A DNA stretch of 64,000 nt, from IMG/VR virus record IMGVR_UViG_3300027969_000060, positions 44,992-108,991 of that record; one strand, given 5' to 3'. Origin of the DNA: a virus. A program made the translations under genes and the position numbers. Positions within the stretch are counted from its first letter, which is position 1, and the number at the start of each line of letters is the position of its first letter. Under the pieces are notes generated by a model, which was not told where the DNA came from, did no database searches, and was given only the letters and a program-made list of their open reading frames with translations. Shown here piece by piece: positions 59,358-64,000 of the stretch.

Positions 59358-60263
59358 ATGGCGCAACAACTTATTCAAACAGGAATATCGGCAAATGACG
59401 GGAATGGAGATACTCTTCGTATTGCCGGCACAAAGATCAACGAAAACTTTACAGAGTTGTACGATTCTGTCTACACATTACCAACAGCAGGTGTTGGTAG
59501 TGGTGGAACATTAGGGGGTGTTAAAGTAGACGGCACCACAATTACAGTTACCAACGGAATAATTACTGCTAACTATACCACGTATACATTACCAACTGCT
59601 AGTACAACTGTATTGGGCGGAGTTAAGATCGATGGAAGTACTATTACATTAAATGGCAGTAATCAATTAGTATCTACGCAGTACTCATTACCGGTTGCTA
59701 CTACCTCCATGTCAGGCGGAGTTAAGATTGATGGAAGTACTATTACTATTTCTAACGGTGTAATCACTGCCAACTACACAAATTACACATTGCCGATAGC
59801 AACAACAAGTGTGTTAGGTGGCGTTAAGGTGGACGGAACCAGTATTTCAATAACTGATGGGGTCATATCGTCCAGTGTGCCAACAACGTCAAGGACAACC
59901 GCTAGTGTAACTAGCGCAAGTTTAACAGCAGGATCTAGCGGAACATATACAATAACTGGATTTAAGGGATATGCATTATTAAAAATACAAACTAGTTCTG
60001 CGGCTTGGGTAACATTATATACTGACACTGCGGCTAGAACTTCAGATTCGTCAAGATCGGAAGCAGTTGATCCGTTGCCAGGATCAGGGGTAGTTGCAGA
60101 AGTTATTACAACTGGAGCAGAAACTATTGTAATTAGTCCGGGTACAATTGGTTTTAGTAATGAAGGAACGCCAACAACTAGTATTCCTATCAAGATTGTT
60201 AATAAGGGTGTATCGTCTACTACAATTACAGTAACATTAACTGTATTAAAAATTGAGGATTAA
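59358..60263 (+). CDS. Fibre protein with gp9/gp10-like N-terminus and four LPxA-x-GGVKxDG repeats
   Basis: G..ANDG.GDTLR.AG.KINENF.ELY N-terminus; tandem YTLPTA..GGVK(V/I)DG units. Confidence 0.75.
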   Translation: MAQQLIQTGISANDGNGDTLRIAGTKINENFTELYDSVYTLPTAGVGSGGTLGGVKVDGTTITVTNGIITANYTTYTLPTASTTVLGGVKIDGSTITLNGSNQLVSTQYSLPVATTSMSGGVKIDGSTITISNGVITANYTNYTLPIATTSVLGGVKVDGTSISITDGVISSSVPTTSRTTASVTSASLTAGSSGTYTITGFKGYALLKIQTSSAAWVTLYTDTAARTSDSSRSEAVDPLPGSGVVAEVITTGAETIVISPGTIGFSNEGTPTTSIPIKIVNKGVSSTTITVTLTVLKIED

Positions 60264-60264
60264 T

Positions 60265-61923
60265 ATGTCTGATTTAATAGAATATATTGTAACTGCTAAA
60301 ACAATGGAAGATGCTACATCTTTGCTTGACGATATGGAAACGTTAGGCGGCGATTTATATATTCCTGATAGACAAGTTGTTGTTACTCAACGTAGAGAAA
60401 TTAGTAGGAACACGCATTTTCTTATTACCGAAGACGAAGCCGAACAATTGCGTAACGATCCGCGAGTATTGGCAGTAGAACAATTGCCAAGTGCATTAGG
60501 ATTTGAAGCACTACCACATTGGACACAATCTGGTAACTTTGAAAAAAGTGCAACTATCGATACTAACGATAAAAATTGGGGATTATATAGAGTTACTGCC
60601 GGTACACCTTTATCTAATTGGGGAACCAATGGCGCATTTACACAAACAACGCAAACAGTTTCTACAACCAGTTCTGGTAAAAACGTTGACGTTGTAGTAG
60701 TTGATGCTCACATAAATTTTAACCATCCGGAGTTTGCTGTCAATACTGATGGAACGGGTGGCTCAAGAGCTATACAATATAATTGGTTCCAACATAGTGC
60801 AAGTTTAGGATATTCTACTACTGGCACATATAGCTACACAAGTATTTCTAGTAATCACGGAACTCATACTGCCGGAACTTGTGCAGGAAATACCCAAGGA
60901 TGGGCTCGAGATGCAAACATTTATAATATGGAATTTAATTATGCAGGCGGCAACGGCCCACCTGGCTCCACCATTGACTGGTCTGTATTCATCTTTGATT
61001 ATATAAGAGAGTTTCATAAAAAGAAATCAATAAATCCAGCTACTGGAAGACGTAATCCGACAGTGTGCAATAATAGTTGGGGATATTCATATGGTAACAT
61101 TTCTCTCAGCGGAATTACATCGGCAACTTATCGAGGAAATACTACAGCAGTTACAGGAATAGATGCAACTAAAAAAACTACCTTAGAAGCTAACGGTGTA
61201 CCAGTGCCCGCCGGCACTTATCTTTACAGAATGCCTGCAAGATATGCCGCTTTAGATGCCGACGTTGAGGATGCAATTGCTGATGGAGTGATAGTAGTAG
61301 TTAGTGCAGGTAACAGCTATTGGCCAACTGCAATAACATCATCTCAAGATTATAATAATAGTATGGTAATTGGCGGCGGCACATATTATCATTCTAGAGG
61401 ATCTTCACCAAATAGCGATAATGCAATTTCGGTAGGGGCAACCGATACGGTAACGCAAGAATATAAAACAAATTTTACTAATTATGGATCTAGAGTATCT
61501 ATTTACGCCCCAGGTAAAAACATTGTTAGCGCAGTATACGATACTACTGCCGCATCAGAGTTTGGCATTACACTAGCAAATGATCCAAGAAACTCAAGTT
61601 ATAAATTAGGATCTATTTCAGGAACTAGCATGGCAGGACCGCAAGTTACTGGATGCCTTGCTTGTTTGCTAGAACAACAACCAACATTAACCCACGCTGA
61701 AGCATTATTATACTTAATTTCATCTTCTAAAAAATCACAGATAGCGTCAACAGGCGGCGGCGCCGGCGATTATACATCACTGGGTTCGGAATCAAATAAC
61801 AGATATTTGTTTTATAAATTAGAACGACAGCTAACGGGCAATGTTTCTTCCCAAAATACTTATAAACTTAGAAGTGCAACAGGTGCTGTATACCCTCGTG
61901 TACGGGTAAGAAGTAGGGGCTAA
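60265..61923 (+). CDS. Subtilisin-like S8 serine protease with N-terminal prodomain
   Basis: Catalytic D (VVVVDA), H (HGTHTAG), oxyanion N (SAGN), S (GTSMAGP). ATG 60265 has a GAGGA RBS. Confidence 0.92.
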   Translation: MSDLIEYIVTAKTMEDATSLLDDMETLGGDLYIPDRQVVVTQRREISRNTHFLITEDEAEQLRNDPRVLAVEQLPSALGFEALPHWTQSGNFEKSATIDTNDKNWGLYRVTAGTPLSNWGTNGAFTQTTQTVSTTSSGKNVDVVVVDAHINFNHPEFAVNTDGTGGSRAIQYNWFQHSASLGYSTTGTYSYTSISSNHGTHTAGTCAGNTQGWARDANIYNMEFNYAGGNGPPGSTIDWSVFIFDYIREFHKKKSINPATGRRNPTVCNNSWGYSYGNISLSGITSATYRGNTTAVTGIDATKKTTLEANGVPVPAGTYLYRMPARYAALDADVEDAIADGVIVVVSAGNSYWPTAITSSQDYNNSMVIGGGTYYHSRGSSPNSDNAISVGATDTVTQEYKTNFTNYGSRVSIYAPGKNIVSAVYDTTAASEFGITLANDPRNSSYKLGSISGTSMAGPQVTGCLACLLEQQPTLTHAEALLYLISSSKKSQIASTGGGAGDYTSLGSESNNRYLFYKLERQLTGNVSSQNTYKLRSATGAVYPRVRVRSRG

Positions 61924-61954
61924 CGTTCAATTAAACTAGCAGATTATGGCACTA

Positions 61955-61962
61955 GATAAATA
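61955..61962 (+). promoter_or_regulatory. Late promoter (GATAAATA)
   Basis: Intergenic NATAAATA match. Confidence 0.65.
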
Positions 61963-61982
61963 TACTATAAAGAGAGAGCATT

Positions 61983-62597
61983 ATGCAGAGTAAAGATACA
62001 ACGGGAATACACTTAGAAGGTCATATTAAAATACATGATCCAGAGTCTGGCGAGATTTTTATCAATAAAAGAAATGCTGTCCACTATGAAAATATTAGTA
62101 TTGCACTAGCACAAAGTTTAGCTAACAGCGGCCAGGGATTTATTTATAAAATGGCATTTGGTAACGGCGGAACAGCAGTTGACCCAACTGGTATTATTAC
62201 TTACTTAACTCCCAATAGTTCTGGATCAAATGCCAGTTTATATAATGAAAGCTACACTAAGGTTGTAGATGACAGATCTAGCACAAATTCTGATCCGACA
62301 AGAAATTACATAGAAACTCGACATGTTACTGGTACAAACTACACTGACGTGTTTATTACTTGTTTATTAGACTACGGCGAACCAAACGGCCAACAAGCAT
62401 TTGATAATACTAATAATAATGAAAGTTCATTTGTTTTTGATGAATTAGGTTTAAAAAGTTTTGACTCGACAGGAACAACTGATGGGCTATTGTTAACTCA
62501 CGTTGTTTTTCACCCTGTATTAAAAAGTTTAAATCGATTAATACAAATTGATTACACCGTTCGAATTCAGAGCTTAACTGGCTTAGTTGGAGTATAA
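61983..62597 (+). CDS. Putative baseplate/virion structural protein
   Basis: 204 aa. M.FGNGG, FDELGL, LLTHVVFHPV.KS.NR.I.IDYT motifs; late promoter upstream. Confidence 0.65.
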   Translation: MQSKDTTGIHLEGHIKIHDPESGEIFINKRNAVHYENISIALAQSLANSGQGFIYKMAFGNGGTAVDPTGIITYLTPNSSGSNASLYNESYTKVVDDRSSTNSDPTRNYIETRHVTGTNYTDVFITCLLDYGEPNGQQAFDNTNNNESSFVFDELGLKSFDSTGTTDGLLLTHVVFHPVLKSLNRLIQIDYTVRIQSLTGLVGV

Positions 62598-62598
62598 C

Positions 62599-64000
62599 AT
62601 GAGCTATAAAGTTCAACATACAGAAACCACAAATCCAAGTAAGCCACCAATTATTGTAGAAGACCAATCTCTTAATACAGATACAAGTGTTACATTTGTG
62701 GGCAAGAATTATCCAGGATATTCAAGGGTCATTGGTGAAAACTTTTTACATTTATTAGAAAATTTTGCAAAAAACACTGCACCAGTAAATGCAGTTGAAG
62801 GTCAGTTGTGGTATGATAATAGTCCCGGTGTTAATTTATTAAAAGTATATGATGGAACACAGTGGACCGCAGCCGGCAGTGTTAAAAAAGCAACAACTGC
62901 ACCTAGCGTTGGTATTGTCGGAGACTTATGGGTTAATACAAATACCCAACAACTCCATGTGTATTCTGGATCAAATTGGTTATTAATTGGCCCTCAATAT
63001 AGTTCGGGAGCTAAAACAGGTCCTGACGTAGAAACTATTGTTGATATTAATAATATTGATCATAGTGTAATGACATTGTATGCTAATAATTATAGATTAG
63101 CAATATTGAGTAAAGAATCTTTCACTCCTAAATTATTAATTACGGGATTTGAAACGATTGGTCAAGGTTTAAACATTAGTACAGTTGATACTACGAGTAC
63201 AAGTTCACCTACAAAATTTTGGGGAACAGCCAGCAAAGCCGACGCATTAGTAATCAATAACGCAACGGTTGCTGCCGTAAACTTTTTAAGAACAGATGTA
63301 TCAAGCATTACAAATGCTACAATTGGTGTAAGAGCTAACGGCGGCATTACAGTTGGAAGTGACCTAAGTTTTAACGTTGCAACTGATGCGGCATCAAACT
63401 CAGCAGTTTTATACTCTAAGGCTAGTGGTGGTAATCTTGATATACGTTTAACTCAAACAAACGGTACAATTACAAACGTAATCCGTGTTGATTCCACTAA
63501 CAGAGTTGGTATTAACAATACTGCTCCACAAGAAGCATTAGATGTTACTGGCAATATTATAGCAAGCGGAGATGCTACAATCGACGGCGAAGTAACAGCA
63601 ACTACTTTAAATATTAATTCAACATCTACATTTACAGATGATATTTCAACATACGGTCAAACATTAATTAATTATTTAGATATTGATGGGAACCCTACAA
63701 CAGCCGCAGTAATATTACCCGGTAATAATACAGCTGATGCATTGTATGATATTGGTTCAGTCACCCGTAGGTTTAGAAACATTTATGCACAAGAGTTTGT
63801 AGGAAGTTTTAACGGTGCATTTACAGGATCATTATCAGGAAGCATTACCGGATCAGCCGCAAAACTTTCAAGCCCAACGACATTCCAATTGTTAGGAGAC
63901 GTATCAAGTGATGCAGTATCCTTTGATGGACAAACTCCACAAACAGGATATCCACCAGGCGTAATTAAATTTACAACAACAATCAATCAAAACTTAATTA
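62599..64000 (+). CDS. Tail fibre/baseplate-attached protein (partial, runs off the right edge)
   Basis: Not in the ORF track. ATG 62599 (MSYKVQHTE...) with GGAG RBS; GKNY.GY...GENFLHLLENFA...P...EGQLWYD motif; open to the window end. Confidence 0.8.
   Translation, partial: MSYKVQHTETTNPSKPPIIVEDQSLNTDTSVTFVGKNYPGYSRVIGENFLHLLENFAKNTAPVNAVEGQLWYDNSPGVNLLKVYDGTQWTAAGSVKKATTAPSVGIVGDLWVNTNTQQLHVYSGSNWLLIGPQYSSGAKTGPDVETIVDINNIDHSVMTLYANNYRLAILSKESFTPKLLITGFETIGQGLNISTVDTTSTSSPTKFWGTASKADALVINNATVAAVNFLRTDVSSITNATIGVRANGGITVGSDLSFNVATDAASNSAVLYSKASGGNLDIRLTQTNGTITNVIRVDSTNRVGINNTAPQEALDVTGNIIASGDATIDGEVTATTLNINSTSTFTDDISTYGQTLINYLDIDGNPTTAAVILPGNNTADALYDIGSVTRRFRNIYAQEFVGSFNGAFTGSLSGSITGSAAKLSSPTTFQLLGDVSSDAVSFDGQTPQTGYPPGVIKFTTTINQNLI

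Noticed and set aside
59470-59870. DGR template/variable repeat pair in the fibre gene
   Set aside because: The repeats differ at synonymous positions rather than specifically at adenines, and there is no reverse transcriptase in the window.
60253-60264. ORF-track start for the S8 protease at 60253 (TTG)
   Set aside because: ATG 60265 follows a GAGGA RBS and the upstream stop codon.
1334-63986. Many short ORFs in the track on the strand opposite long genes (e.g. 8030..8587, 23606..24148, 38041..38673, 59783..60193)
   Set aside because: They are shadow ORFs antisense to well-supported genes, with no RBS or recognisable motifs.
1-64000. Stop-codon reassignment as seen in some jumbo phages
   Set aside because: Genes up to 4727 aa read through in code 11 at high coding density, and TAA, TAG and TGA all occur as real stops.

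Overview
This window is part of a large T4-like (myovirus-type, probably jumbo) bacteriophage genome read in the standard genetic code. From left to right it holds: (1) a minus-strand cluster of fibre/appendage-like virion proteins (1-19.9 kb); (2) the head module gp23-gp22-gp21-acidic core-gp20 portal, followed by a tape-measure-like gene (20.5-28.7 kb); (3) a gp26-like gene with a downstream ORF reachable by a -1 frameshift; (4) a minus-strand operon of gp55-like late sigma, gp47, gp46, PIG-L deacetylase, Hc1-like protein and GIY-YIG protein, followed by about 470 nt of densely structured non-coding sequence; (5) a plus-strand baseplate operon (gp48/54-, gp53-, hub-, gp5-, gp25- and gp6-like genes, a 4727-aa giant protein, a fibre, an S8 protease and a further fibre-like gene). 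T4-type late promoters (NATAAATA) precede most structural units. The best candidates for new biology are a minimal GIY-YIG nuclease apparently co-transcribed with a large structured RNA, a lambda G/GT-style -1 frameshift in the gp26/gp51-like locus, structured 5' leaders on fibre genes, and back-to-back sigma70/late promoter pairs. All protein calls come from recognising motifs by eye, not from database searches. I saw no tRNA, rRNA or CRISPR array.
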